64,000 bases of DNA from Candidatus Hydrogenedentota bacterium. Lineage in GTDB: Bacteria > Hydrogenedentota > Hydrogenedentia > Hydrogenedentales > CAILVY01. A program made the translations under genes and the position numbers. Positions 1 to 8,955 of the stretch are shown one piece after another. The notes under the pieces are model-generated. The model was not told where the DNA came from. It made no database searches and saw only the letters and a list, made by a program, of their open reading frames with translations. Position 1 is the first letter of the stretch. The number at the start of each line of letters is the position of its first letter. The DNA lies in NCBI GenBank assembly GCA_029565395.1, contig JAKQOG010000258.1, positions 20,797 to 84,796 of the forward strand, written 5' to 3'.

Positions 1-1181
1 GGGCCGACGGCGCGAATGGTTTCGAGGCCGAGGGTGTCGTCATCAAGGGTGATGCCCCTCGCGAGGCGTTCGACATAGCCGATGAGTTCGTGCTGGAGCA
101 TGAGGATGGCGGGAGAACTGCCCTGGTCCATGCCACAGATGCCGAGGTGACCGAAGATGTCCGCGCCGGCGAGTGCGCCGAGTGCGAGGGTAATGCCTGC
201 TTCGAGGCCTGCCTGTGCGTCGGCGATCTTGCTGTCAGTGAGGCCGACGTTGATGTAGACGGGCAGGCCATAGAATTTGCCAAGTTGGGTCATGGCGACG
301 GCCATGAGGGCCTGTTCGGGTCCGGCGAAGATCATCTGGGTGGTGCGCATGTCGAAGGCGTGGGGGATGCCTCCATAGCAGACAGGGGTGCCGGGGCGAA
401 TCAGTTGCACGACGCAGAGCCCAGCGAGGATTTCTGCGTTTTCCTGGGCGAGCGTGCCTGCGAGGGTGCCGGGGCCGGTGGCGCCGACTTGGGCCATGGG
501 GCCGATGGGAACGGGTAAGGGCACTTGGCAGGTTTCGAAGAGCAGATCGACGCCGTCGTGGGGGAACCGCAAGGGGCTGATGGGTTCGAGAAAGGGATAG
601 GCGATGGGATACTGAGCCATTTGTTCGCGGCCGCCCGCCACGATCTCAAACAGTTCGAGAACGAAGCGTGCTGAGGCACGGTCATAGAACCAGAACATGA
701 TGGGTTTGGTGGTGTTTTTGAGGAGTTCGGCGGCGACGTATACACAGCGGTATTCCGGGGGGAGTTCGTGGGGATCGCTCATGGCTCCGGCAATGTTGAT
801 GTTGGGCAGAGCGTCCACGAGGCGTGCGGCAGTACCCACGTCGTCGAGGGTGGCGTAGCGGCGCGCGCTGGAGTCGTCCTCAACCCAGAAGGCTTCCCCC
901 GCTGCGGTGTTATAGTTTCGTTGTCCCGCACCGAATATGGCTCTTTTAGAATGGTCACGGCCATAGAGGGTGAATTGCTTGCCGCAGGTTTCCAGCGCCC
1001 AAGAGATGACCTTTTCCGGGATGCGTACGCGCTGAGAGGCGGCGTCGACATCCGCGCCGGCGTCCGCAAAACGGCGCAGGGCCTCGTTGTGGGGGATATG
1101 CACGCCCACGTTTCGCAGAATGGTGAGAGAAGCTTCATGGAGTTGTTGAATTTGGCAATCACTGAGCACGGAAACTTTCAT
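1..1181 (-). CDS. Trimethylamine methyltransferase (MttB) superfamily protein, non-pyrrolysine; 3' end outside window
   Basis: Hand translation from ATG 1181 (GGAGG RBS upstream) gives MKVSVLSDCQIQQLHEASLTILRNVGVHIP...GKQFTLYGRD...QLGKFYGLPVYINVGLTDSKIADAQAGLEAG...ELIGYVERLARGITLDDDTLGLETIRAVGP, which are typical MttB-family motifs. It is absent from the ORF track because it runs off the window edge. Confidence 0.88.
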   Translation of the reverse strand, partial: MKVSVLSDCQIQQLHEASLTILRNVGVHIPHNEALRRFADAGADVDAASQRVRIPEKVISWALETCGKQFTLYGRDHSKRAIFGAGQRNYNTAAGEAFWVEDDSSARRYATLDDVGTAARLVDALPNINIAGAMSDPHELPPEYRCVYVAAELLKNTTKPIMFWFYDRASARFVLELFEIVAGGREQMAQYPIAYPFLEPISPLRFPHDGVDLLFETCQVPLPVPIGPMAQVGATGPGTLAGTLAQENAEILAGLCVVQLIRPGTPVCYGGIPHAFDMRTTQMIFAGPEQALMAVAMTQLGKFYGLPVYINVGLTDSKIADAQAGLEAGITLALGALAGADIFGHLGICGMDQGSSPAILMLQHELIGYVERLARGITLDDDTLGLETIRAVG

Positions 1182-1248
1182 GACATCCATTCCTCCGGAT
1201 TTGTAATGCATAATAAGATCATAAATGGGGGGGGAATGTCCAGAGAGA

Positions 1249-1320
1249 ACGAATGGACGGAATGGAGACGATGGGAGAGGATGCTTGAGATCGATAGCGA
1301 TAGCGATATCGATAGCGATA
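1249..1320. repeat. Short-period intergenic repeats (GAATGGA-like and GATAGC/GATATC hexamers)
   Basis: gaatggacggaatggagacgatggga, then atcgatagcgatagcgatatcgatagcgat (1290-1319), between divergent genes. Confidence 0.7.
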
Positions 1321-1332
1321 AGGGGGAGGTGG

Positions 1333-2721
1333 ATGGAATTTGGGGAACATGGTAAAGTGAGCGCCACTATGATTGAAATGCGTCAAAGGCGATGGATTGT
1401 GTTGGGGCCAATTGGCCTTCCCGTGGTGTTGTGGGCTGCGGACAGTGTAGTGGGTGAAGCGCTGGGCTGGCGGCCGTATGGCATGGTGGAATTTGTTGTT
1501 GTTGGGGGGATGCTGGGGTTGGCGGGATTGATGGTGGCGGGATGTTATGTGGGAACTGTTTACGCTGTATTGTCCCGATGGAATAAGGAGTTGTGGTTGT
1601 TGCTGGGGGCGCTGGTGGTGGCGTGGGCACTGCTGGAAGCAGGTGCGGACCGCGTGGATCGGATGCTGCGTCCGGAGAAGCAATTTCATACGCGGGGGCC
1701 TAACATGCGGTGGGTCTTCACCCCTGTGGCGGAGTATCTTCCGGGGATTGAAGGCGTTTCTCATTACACGACGGATGCACAGGGCATACGCCAGGCCAGT
1801 GTGCCTGAAAAGGAGGATTTCCGGGTATTGTGTGTCGGCGGGAGCACAACCGAATGCGTATATTTGGATGATCAGGAAACTTGGCCTTCGCAACTGATGA
1901 AATTGTTGAATGGCGGGAAAAAACCGCATGTAAGGGTGGGGAATGTGGGGATCAGCGGATATGACACGCGGGATCATATCCGTTTCCTGAAAACATCGCC
2001 GTTGCTGAAGGGCATCGACTGTGTGATTCTTCAAATCGGTATCAATGATCTCTGGCGGTATCTGGCGAATGAAGAGGTGCTGACCCGTTATGATCGTTTT
2101 AGTGAGGCGGGATTTGAAGGGGAGTTGGTTCCGCGCGTGCGTGAAACAAAGGAGGCGTGGCGTCCGGTTTGGACGCGGTCCCGTGTGATTCAGTTGGTTC
2201 ATACATTGCGATTGCCGCGTCCGAAACCGGAAACGGTGGAGGGGGCAGGCGGGACGGAATATAAGATTCGGCAGGAAAAGCGTGCTGCGGCGCATATCAC
2301 GGAGCAGATCCCGGATCTTACCCGCGGACTCAATGAGTACAAGGAACGCATCAAGAAAATCGTCACCATATGCCGAGAACGGCGCTTTGCCGTTCTTTTT
2401 ACTACGCAGCCGGTATTGTGGCGTGCGGATTTGTCATTGCCGCTCACTGCACGGTGTTGGTTTGGCTGGCTGGAGGATGGGGAGTATCTGAGCATAGCGG
2501 CGTTGCGGGAATGCATGGATCGCTACAATGAAGTTACATTGTCTGTTTGCAAGGAGTTAAATGTGCCCTGTGTGGATCTTTCGGTTATGAATGGGCGGGA
2601 AGAATATTTTTATGACGACTGTCATTTTACCGAACGTGGAGCGCAGGAAGCGGGGCGGCTTCTGGCGCCGATGGTGATGAGAATCATGGAAGCGCACCAA
2701 CACGGTTTGAATGGAAGTTAA
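1333..2721 (+). CDS. Membrane-anchored SGNH/GDSL hydrolase family protein
   Basis: N-terminal TM helices and SGNH blocks GGSTT, GNVGISG, IGINDL and DDCHF. Start moved from 1225 to ATG 1333 behind GGAGGT. Confidence 0.8.
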   Translation: MEFGEHGKVSATMIEMRQRRWIVLGPIGLPVVLWAADSVVGEALGWRPYGMVEFVVVGGMLGLAGLMVAGCYVGTVYAVLSRWNKELWLLLGALVVAWALLEAGADRVDRMLRPEKQFHTRGPNMRWVFTPVAEYLPGIEGVSHYTTDAQGIRQASVPEKEDFRVLCVGGSTTECVYLDDQETWPSQLMKLLNGGKKPHVRVGNVGISGYDTRDHIRFLKTSPLLKGIDCVILQIGINDLWRYLANEEVLTRYDRFSEAGFEGELVPRVRETKEAWRPVWTRSRVIQLVHTLRLPRPKPETVEGAGGTEYKIRQEKRAAAHITEQIPDLTRGLNEYKERIKKIVTICRERRFAVLFTTQPVLWRADLSLPLTARCWFGWLEDGEYLSIAALRECMDRYNEVTLSVCKELNVPCVDLSVMNGREEYFYDDCHFTERGAQEAGRLLAPMVMRIMEAHQHGLNGS

Positions 2722-2780
2722 CATGATTTGATAGTATGGCCATGTAGTGACGTTATGTAACAAGGAAAGGAATCAGCAGT

Positions 2781-3776
2781 ATGCAGGCGTTTAGTCCGGA
2801 TTCAGTGTTAAGTATGTCGCGGGCGTTTATGGAGTCGCGCATTTTATTAACGGCGGCGGAGTTGGATTTGTTCACGTTATTGGAGCACGCGCCGATGACG
2901 TTGCCGGAGATTATGAAAAAGACAAAGACGCAGGCGCATGGCATGGCGATTCTTCTGGATGCGCTGGCCGCCGTTGGATTGCTGGAGAAAACGGACAACC
3001 GGTATCTATGCCCGCCGGCCGTGGCAGCAATATTGTCCTCGAAGGCGCCGGAATCGGTGTTGCCGATGGTGATGCATTCGGTGGGATTATGGCGGCGGTG
3101 GTCCAACTTAACGGAGATTGTGCAGAAAGGTTCGCCGGTGAATGCTCCCGCGCGGTTTGACGAAGAAGGCCAGATGGAGGCTTTTATCCATGCGATGCAT
3201 GTGGTGGCCCGCCGTTTGGCCGGCACTGTTGTGGCGGCGATCAAACCGGGCAATGCCAAGAACCTGCTGGATGTAGGCGGAGCCACGGGCACGTATGCGG
3301 AAGCTTTTCTGCGGGCGGCGCCGGAGATGCGGGCCACGATATTTGATCAGCCGGATGTTATTGAGATGGCGCGGCGGCGGCTGAGCGATTCGGGGTTGCT
3401 GGATCGCATTACGTTGGTGAGCGGTGATTTTTACAGGGATGAACTGCCGGGCGGGCATGACCTCGCCCTGCTCTCAGCGATTATTCATCAGAATGATCGG
3501 AAGCAAAACAGTGAATTGTACCGGAAGGTGAATCGGAGCCTGGCGCCGGGCGGACGGATCGTCATTCGCGACCATGTGATGAGCCCGGATCGCACCGCGC
3601 CGGTGAGCGGGGCGATTTTTGCGGTGAACATGCTGGCGGCCACGCCGGGCGGCAATTCGTATACCTTCGCGGAAATCCGCGAAGGGCTCGAAACGGCCGG
3701 ATTTGAACGTGTTCATCAGATCCAGCCGGATGAACGGATGAACGGACTGGTGGAAGGATTTAAACCCGAAACGTGA
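2781..3776 (+). CDS. SAM-dependent O-methyltransferase (Methyltransf_2 with dimerisation domain)
   Basis: SRILLTAAELDLF dimerisation region, LLDVGGATG SAM motif, GDF, LAPGGRIVI. Confidence 0.88.
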   Translation: MQAFSPDSVLSMSRAFMESRILLTAAELDLFTLLEHAPMTLPEIMKKTKTQAHGMAILLDALAAVGLLEKTDNRYLCPPAVAAILSSKAPESVLPMVMHSVGLWRRWSNLTEIVQKGSPVNAPARFDEEGQMEAFIHAMHVVARRLAGTVVAAIKPGNAKNLLDVGGATGTYAEAFLRAAPEMRATIFDQPDVIEMARRRLSDSGLLDRITLVSGDFYRDELPGGHDLALLSAIIHQNDRKQNSELYRKVNRSLAPGGRIVIRDHVMSPDRTAPVSGAIFAVNMLAATPGGNSYTFAEIREGLETAGFERVHQIQPDERMNGLVEGFKPET

Positions 3777-4516
3777 ACCCGTTGTGTCCACATGCCGAAC
3801 CTTTTTGGGTGGCGGGCGAAGCGTTCAGCGCACAGGAGATCCAGGATCTTCTTGGGCCTTACCTGAGTGATGAACGGCATGCGCGCATCCGGGATGTGAT
3901 CGCGCAACGCACGTATTCCATTGTACCGGTGACCGAGGGGCTCTATGATCGAGGGAATGTGAGCGCGGTGATGCGCAGCGCGGAGGCCATGGGGTGTCAG
4001 CCGCTGCACATGATCGACACCTCAAAGGCCTTTAAGGAAGCGAAACGGGTGACGCAGGGCGCGGATAAGTGGCTGGATATCCGTATCTGGAAGGATACTG
4101 CATCCTGTGTGGAGTTTTTACGGCGGCACGGCTACCGGATTGTGGTTACGCACGTACGCAAGGCCAAACCAATTGCGGAGGTGAGGTTTGACGTGCCCAC
4201 GGCGATTTTTTTCGGGAATGAGAAGACGGGAACGAGTGAGGAGTTGCTGGAGGCGGCGAATGATCGCGTGATGGTGCCGATGCAGGGATTCACGCGCAGT
4301 TTTAATATTTCCGTTGCTGCGGCCCTTTGTCTGTATCATATTCAGCAAGACCGCCTCCGCCGGCTGGGGCGTCATGGCGATCTGGATGAGGAAACCCGGC
4401 ATCTGCTTACGGCCTCGTTCTATTTACGGGGCGTGCCGAATGCGGAAGAGATATTATTGGAAATGCGCACAAAACGCGGCGCATCTCCCGATGGAAAAGC
4501 TAAAAACAACGCGTAG
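3773..4516 (+). CDS. trmH: SpoU/TrmH family tRNA (guanosine-2'-O)-methyltransferase
   Basis: GNVSAVMRSAEAMG, FFGNEKTG and VPMQGFTRSFNISVAAAL SPOUT motifs. The 4-nt overlap with the upstream gene suggests an operon. Confidence 0.85.
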   Translation: MNPLCPHAEPFWVAGEAFSAQEIQDLLGPYLSDERHARIRDVIAQRTYSIVPVTEGLYDRGNVSAVMRSAEAMGCQPLHMIDTSKAFKEAKRVTQGADKWLDIRIWKDTASCVEFLRRHGYRIVVTHVRKAKPIAEVRFDVPTAIFFGNEKTGTSEELLEAANDRVMVPMQGFTRSFNISVAAALCLYHIQQDRLRRLGRHGDLDEETRHLLTASFYLRGVPNAEEILLEMRTKRGASPDGKAKNNA

Positions 4517-4519
4517 AGA

Positions 4520-4868
4520 TCGGCGCGCCGCAGGGTTGCTTTATTCACCCTGCGGCGCCGTCTCCGTTTACCGGTGGACCATAATCCTCTGCGCGGTCCA
4601 CCGCCTCACCGGAGTGCACGCCTTAACGTCACCCCGCGACGCCGCGGCGGTCTTCCATAATCCTCATAAATGATTCACAACAATCATCCGCCGGGGCGCC
4701 ATCCTGGCCAACAAATAAACTTTTTTTGAACAGACCGGCAGGCGGTCTGAAGCGAGGAAACAAGCTCTTGTCTCAACTCAGCAATAGACCGGGCCTGCCA
4801 GCCTGTAATCCTGCCCGAAGAGCACCTATTCGACTTTCTCTGACCGCACGGTTGCTAACCACGTTCTT
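4520..4868 (-). ncRNA. Candidate sigma54-transcribed structured non-coding RNA (CsrB/RsmZ-like?)
   Basis: Lies directly downstream of a -24/-12 promoter and has no credible minus-strand ORF. It contains several hairpins, three AGGAUUA copies and a GCC-AGGAU-GGC mini-hairpin. Confidence 0.4.
4525..4558. terminator. GC-rich hairpin downstream of trmH (possible terminator for either strand)
   Basis: Perfect 12-bp stem gcgccgcagggt / accctgcggcgc with a 10-nt loop. There is no strong U tract. Confidence 0.5.
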
Positions 4869-4878
4869 GTTAATAGAA

Positions 4879-4895
4879 AGCAATATCAATGCCAA
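4879..4895 (-). promoter_or_regulatory. Sigma54 (-24/-12) promoter
   Basis: Minus strand reads TTGGCATTGATATTGCT, with correct GG-N10-GC spacing and a near-consensus TGGCA...TTGCT. It is divergent from a sigma54 activator gene. Confidence 0.75.
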
Positions 4896-4999
4896 GATTG
4901 ATTATGAGATTGAGCGGCTTATAAAGTATTGGAACATGAGGACTTATGCATCTATAGGCAGATAAGGGCGGGAAACCTGTTTAGAACGGCGATCTCCGA

Positions 5000-5035
5000 T
5001 CTCAAAATGAGACGGGGAAAAATCCCGATTTGGGA
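5000..5035. promoter_or_regulatory. Paired upstream activator sequences (bEBP binding sites)
   Basis: TCTCA-AAA-TGAGA (5000-5012) and TCCCG-ATT-TGGGA (5023-5035), two related 13-bp palindromes about 105-140 bp upstream of the -24 element. Confidence 0.6.
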
Positions 5036-5112
5036 CAAGAGGGTGCATTGTGGTATGATGTTGTTATGTATTGTGCGGGTTGTCCTCACAAACTGGAGAA
5101 AGGCGTTTGACG

Positions 5113-6945
5113 ATGTACCATCTCACAGCCAAAACGGGATCATTTAAAGGGGCTTCGTGGTTGATAAGTGAAGCGCCGATAGTGTTAGGGCGGGATGTGG
5201 CGTGCGAGATCACGATAAATGATCCCATTGTCTCGCGGCGGCATTGTGAGATAGGGTTGTCGAAAGGCGCCCTCTTCGTGAACGATTTGGGGAGCAGTAA
5301 TGCGACATTTGTGAATGGAGTTCCGATCAAGCATGCGGAATTGAAGGTAGGGGATGAGATAGCAGTGGGGAATGCGATTTTTTTTATTACATCGCTGCAA
5401 TCGGGGGGGGCGGCAGGGCAGGCGCGTAATGTCAGCCTTGGGGCAACGCATTCCTTGAAGATTGGGGAGCCGACGTATTTGTCTGAGGACGAAGAGAGTT
5501 TGTTTGCAAAGGGGAAACCGCGGACGGCGGAAGATCTTGCGACGTTGTTCAATATCGGGCGTGCATTAAGCCGGTGCGAAAGCCTTGGGGGGCTGGTGGA
5601 GGTGTTGACGGAACGGATTCAGGATCGGTTTAATCCGGAGGCATATTGGGTGGCGCTGTGCCAGGAAGAGCAGGAATCACTGTTGATCTTTCCCATGGAA
5701 GAAGCCACGGCGCTGACATCGAATCGTGCATTGAACGATATTGTTGTCCGCGCGATCTATGAACCGAAAGGGATTTTGCTGCCGGAACGGTGGACGCATG
5801 AAGGGCAGATGGGCATCCGCACGACGCTGGTGGCGCCGATGGCGCTGGGCAAGGAAAGCGTGGGGGCGATTGTGGTTCAGGTGGACACGCCAAAACGCAT
5901 CTATGACGAGAATGACCTGGAGTTTCTTTTGGCAGTTGCGCATGCGGCGGCGCCATATTTAAAGGCCGTGGAGCGCTTGGAACAATTGGAACGGGAGAAT
6001 CAGCGCTTGCTGGCGGGCACGGCGACCGCCGGGGCGATTATTGGGACGGGCAGGGCCATTGCCCGAATTCGCGCGGTGGCACGGACCTGCGCGCGTTCGG
6101 GCCTTAATGTGCTTATTATGGGCGACACGGGCACGGGCAAGGAACTGGTCGCGCGGCTTATCCATGATTTGTCGGATCGTGCCGGGAAACCGCTGACCAT
6201 TGTGAATTGCGCGGCCATTCCGGATGAATTGTTCGAGAGCGAACTTTTCGGGTATGAACGCGGGGCGTTTACTGGGGCGCACGCGAACAAAACCGGTTTG
6301 TTCGAAGAGAGCGACGGCGGAACGTTATTTTTGGATGAGGTGGGCGACCTGAGCCTGCACAATCAGGCGCGGTTGTTGCGCGCCATCGAAACGGGCACGT
6401 TCCGGCGGCTTGGCGCGCGATCCGATATCAAGGTGGATGTACGGGTTATATGCGCCACGAACAAGAATCTTGCGATGGAGGTGAACGCGGGGCGCTTCCG
6501 GCGGGATCTCTATCACCGGCTGAATGCATTTGAGATCCAAATCCCGCCGTTGCGGGAACGCACGGCGGACATCCCGCTGCTTGCTGAATATTTTCTGAAT
6601 CAGGCGCGGGGCCGTTTCCGCAGTCTTGTCGAAGGCTTCGAGCCGGAGGCGATCCAGGCGCTGCAAGAACGCGCGTGGCCGGGGAATGTACGGGAGCTTC
6701 GCAATGTGATCGAGCGTTCCGTGGTAGTGGCGAAAGGGAAGAAAATCCGGTTGGAGGACTTCACGGCGGAAAACAGCGAGGCGCAGAATGATGAACCGTT
6801 TCCTTCGCTGGAGGAATTGGAGCGGGAGCACATTGCACGGGCGGTACAGATGTGCGGGGGGAATATTCCCGCAGCGGCGGATATGCTTAAGATCGGCCGG
6901 AGCACCCTCTACCGGAAGGTGGCGGAATACGGGATTTCGACGTGA
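5113..6945 (+). CDS. Sigma54-dependent transcriptional activator, FHA-GAF-AAA+-Fis HTH
   Basis: FHA (LGR...VSRRH...DLGSSNATFVNG), GAF-like middle region, Walker A GDTGTGKE, ESELFGYERGAFTGA, FLDEVG, WPGNVREL and a C-terminal HTH IGRSTLYRK. Start set at ATG 5113. Confidence 0.93.
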   Translation: MYHLTAKTGSFKGASWLISEAPIVLGRDVACEITINDPIVSRRHCEIGLSKGALFVNDLGSSNATFVNGVPIKHAELKVGDEIAVGNAIFFITSLQSGGAAGQARNVSLGATHSLKIGEPTYLSEDEESLFAKGKPRTAEDLATLFNIGRALSRCESLGGLVEVLTERIQDRFNPEAYWVALCQEEQESLLIFPMEEATALTSNRALNDIVVRAIYEPKGILLPERWTHEGQMGIRTTLVAPMALGKESVGAIVVQVDTPKRIYDENDLEFLLAVAHAAAPYLKAVERLEQLERENQRLLAGTATAGAIIGTGRAIARIRAVARTCARSGLNVLIMGDTGTGKELVARLIHDLSDRAGKPLTIVNCAAIPDELFESELFGYERGAFTGAHANKTGLFEESDGGTLFLDEVGDLSLHNQARLLRAIETGTFRRLGARSDIKVDVRVICATNKNLAMEVNAGRFRRDLYHRLNAFEIQIPPLRERTADIPLLAEYFLNQARGRFRSLVEGFEPEAIQALQERAWPGNVRELRNVIERSVVVAKGKKIRLEDFTAENSEAQNDEPFPSLEELEREHIARAVQMCGGNIPAAADMLKIGRSTLYRKVAEYGIST

Positions 6946-6956
6946 GAAAGACCGGG

Positions 6957-8915
6957 TTATCCCGCCGGATGCTGAACAAACAGCGCTGTCGCCAGTGAGG
7001 GGAGGACTACTTCAACGCCTTCCGGCGAGGAAATAGCCGGTTTCACTTCGCCTGTAGCCGGATCGGCGTGGGTCCACGCGCCTGCAGGCACTTTGATATA
7101 ACCCGAATATGCCTCTTCCCCGATGTTTACGAGCAACAGGATTTCACGGCCATCCCGCAGGAAGCGACCGAGTACAATGCGGGGATTGGCTGGTGTCAAG
7201 GGGAATGGTGCCAGTTCGCGCAGTCCGGGCGTTTCATCGGATTCTTCGCTGCGAATCACGCGCCCGCCTGCCGTTTGGAAACGGTCCACCACGTCCGCGG
7301 CGTCTTTGGGCAATGCCGACGCCGCCGGGATGAGCACTGCGTCAAATTCGCGGTTGCGGATACGCAGGGTTTTCGTGTCAGAGACTTCGCCTTCCGCGAG
7401 CCAAGCCGGATCCACGAGAACGAAGGGTGTTTGATTCATGATTAACTGACGGCCGAGGCATGCGAAAGCCCGGATGGTCTTTTGCAGGCGTTCGGGCTGT
7501 TGATCGAGTTTGAGCGGGCCCGCTACAGGATGATAGCCAGCCCAAACGTCGCAAATCGGGTAGTAGAGCAAGGTGCGGGGAGCGGGACGCGCTTCGCGGA
7601 GGAGTGCGTTTATGCGGCCAATCATGTCACACCAGCGTTTATAGGATTCTTGCGCTTCCAGAGACCAATCCGAACCTTGTGCGTCCAGAATACGTTTCAT
7701 GGAATTAGCATAGTAAGAGGTGAATTCGGTGACGCCGAATGCGGCCTGCCAGGCGGCGGTGGCGAGCATTTCCTGCAAGGAGGCTTTTCCGCCTTCCGCG
7801 AAATCGCTGACTTCGGTCATTATTTTTCGTCCGCCATTGAAGAATGCGGTGGAGGCGGGGAGCAGGGCCGCCATCCATCCGGTGTGGGTTCGGCTTCCTC
7901 CAAGCACGACATGGTTCGGTTTGCTGGAGAGCATGTCCATGCCGGGAATGTCCAGCCGGCTGAGACAGAGCAGGCTATCTCCGTAAAGTGGCGCGTGATG
8001 CAGCAGCGATTCTTCATGCAGCAGATGGCCTGATGAAGCGACATGGTGCGCGAGACACCATTCCTGGATTCGGCCGGTGAAGCGTTCAGCCACCAGATCG
8101 GCCACGAGTTTCCAGAATTGACGGCGTATTTGTTGATCCGGTTCGGAATCGCCCTGAAACAGGCTCAGGCGGAGGGGCATCAGGTCCTGTCCGTAGCGTT
8201 CTTGATACACCTTGGGCAGATCCGAGCACCAAGGCACGGTGGGCAGCGGCTTTACATTGGGATCCGGCGTGTCTACGGTTCGGCCTTTATCCAGTGGTCC
8301 CAAATCCACGGCCATAAGTGATGGTTCGTCAGTGAAGAATGTGGTGATGCACCGGTTGAAATCCCCGCCAAGGCGTTTGACGTAGGCATCGTGTGTTTTT
8401 TCGAGAAACAGGCGCGTAGCGGCGTCTTCGAGTAGATTCGGATAGCGGCGTTTTGCGTAAAAATTGTTGCTGGCGTGGGTGAATTCATAGGCGCGGCGGA
8501 GTACAAACGGATCGGATTGTGAAGGGTCGTAGGCGAGAACCAGCGCCTCGAGATCTGGATTTGTTTCGAGCACGAGGCCGCCCGCGGATGCGCTGGGATA
8601 GCCGTCTTCATCGTAAATCCAGGTAACCAAGCCTGATGAATGACTGGCTTCCACGGCTTTGAGAAACGTTGCCCAATGTGTTTCGTTGCGCAGGTATTCG
8701 TTGAAATTGACATTGCACACGATGCCGCCGAGACCCGCATCACGATATGCCGCCATGCCTTCCGGCGTGGCCTGATTTTCTGGTACGCCATGGACAATTT
8801 GCAGCGGGCGCAATTCCGCAGGAGGGTTTTCCCATACCGTGCGCCATGTTTCCGGCCAATCCGTTCCGGCGGCGCCGGACATAATGCTTAATGCACTAAC
8901 CAGAATTACTGACAT
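6957..8915 (-). CDS. Secreted glycoside hydrolase, GH106 (alpha-L-rhamnosidase)-like
   Basis: Signal peptide, NPPAELRP, WIYDEDGYPSASAGG, FFTDEP and GHLLHEE motifs resembling GH106-type TIM barrels. Confidence 0.7.
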   Translation of the reverse strand: MSVILVSALSIMSGAAGTDWPETWRTVWENPPAELRPLQIVHGVPENQATPEGMAAYRDAGLGGIVCNVNFNEYLRNETHWATFLKAVEASHSSGLVTWIYDEDGYPSASAGGLVLETNPDLEALVLAYDPSQSDPFVLRRAYEFTHASNNFYAKRRYPNLLEDAATRLFLEKTHDAYVKRLGGDFNRCITTFFTDEPSLMAVDLGPLDKGRTVDTPDPNVKPLPTVPWCSDLPKVYQERYGQDLMPLRLSLFQGDSEPDQQIRRQFWKLVADLVAERFTGRIQEWCLAHHVASSGHLLHEESLLHHAPLYGDSLLCLSRLDIPGMDMLSSKPNHVVLGGSRTHTGWMAALLPASTAFFNGGRKIMTEVSDFAEGGKASLQEMLATAAWQAAFGVTEFTSYYANSMKRILDAQGSDWSLEAQESYKRWCDMIGRINALLREARPAPRTLLYYPICDVWAGYHPVAGPLKLDQQPERLQKTIRAFACLGRQLIMNQTPFVLVDPAWLAEGEVSDTKTLRIRNREFDAVLIPAASALPKDAADVVDRFQTAGGRVIRSEESDETPGLRELAPFPLTPANPRIVLGRFLRDGREILLLVNIGEEAYSGYIKVPAGAWTHADPATGEVKPAISSPEGVEVVLPSLATALFVQHPAG

Positions 8916-8955
8916 ACTGTTATCCCTTCTTTGGCAGGGTACGCTATGCGCACCG

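Noticed and set aside
240-242. Possible in-frame amber (pyrrolysine) codon in the MttB homolog
   Set aside because: The codon at the aligned position is CTC (Leu), and the ORF track shows no stop-terminated ORF in this frame.
1219-2295. 358-aa minus-strand ORF with YRYRYR repeat
   Set aside because: It is the antisense shadow of the SGNH gene, and the YR run is just the intergenic hexamer repeat.
4726-5147. Small plus-strand ORFs (79 and 72 aa) upstream of the activator
   Set aside because: They have TTG starts without a convincing RBS, run across promoter/enhancer elements and show no protein-like motifs.
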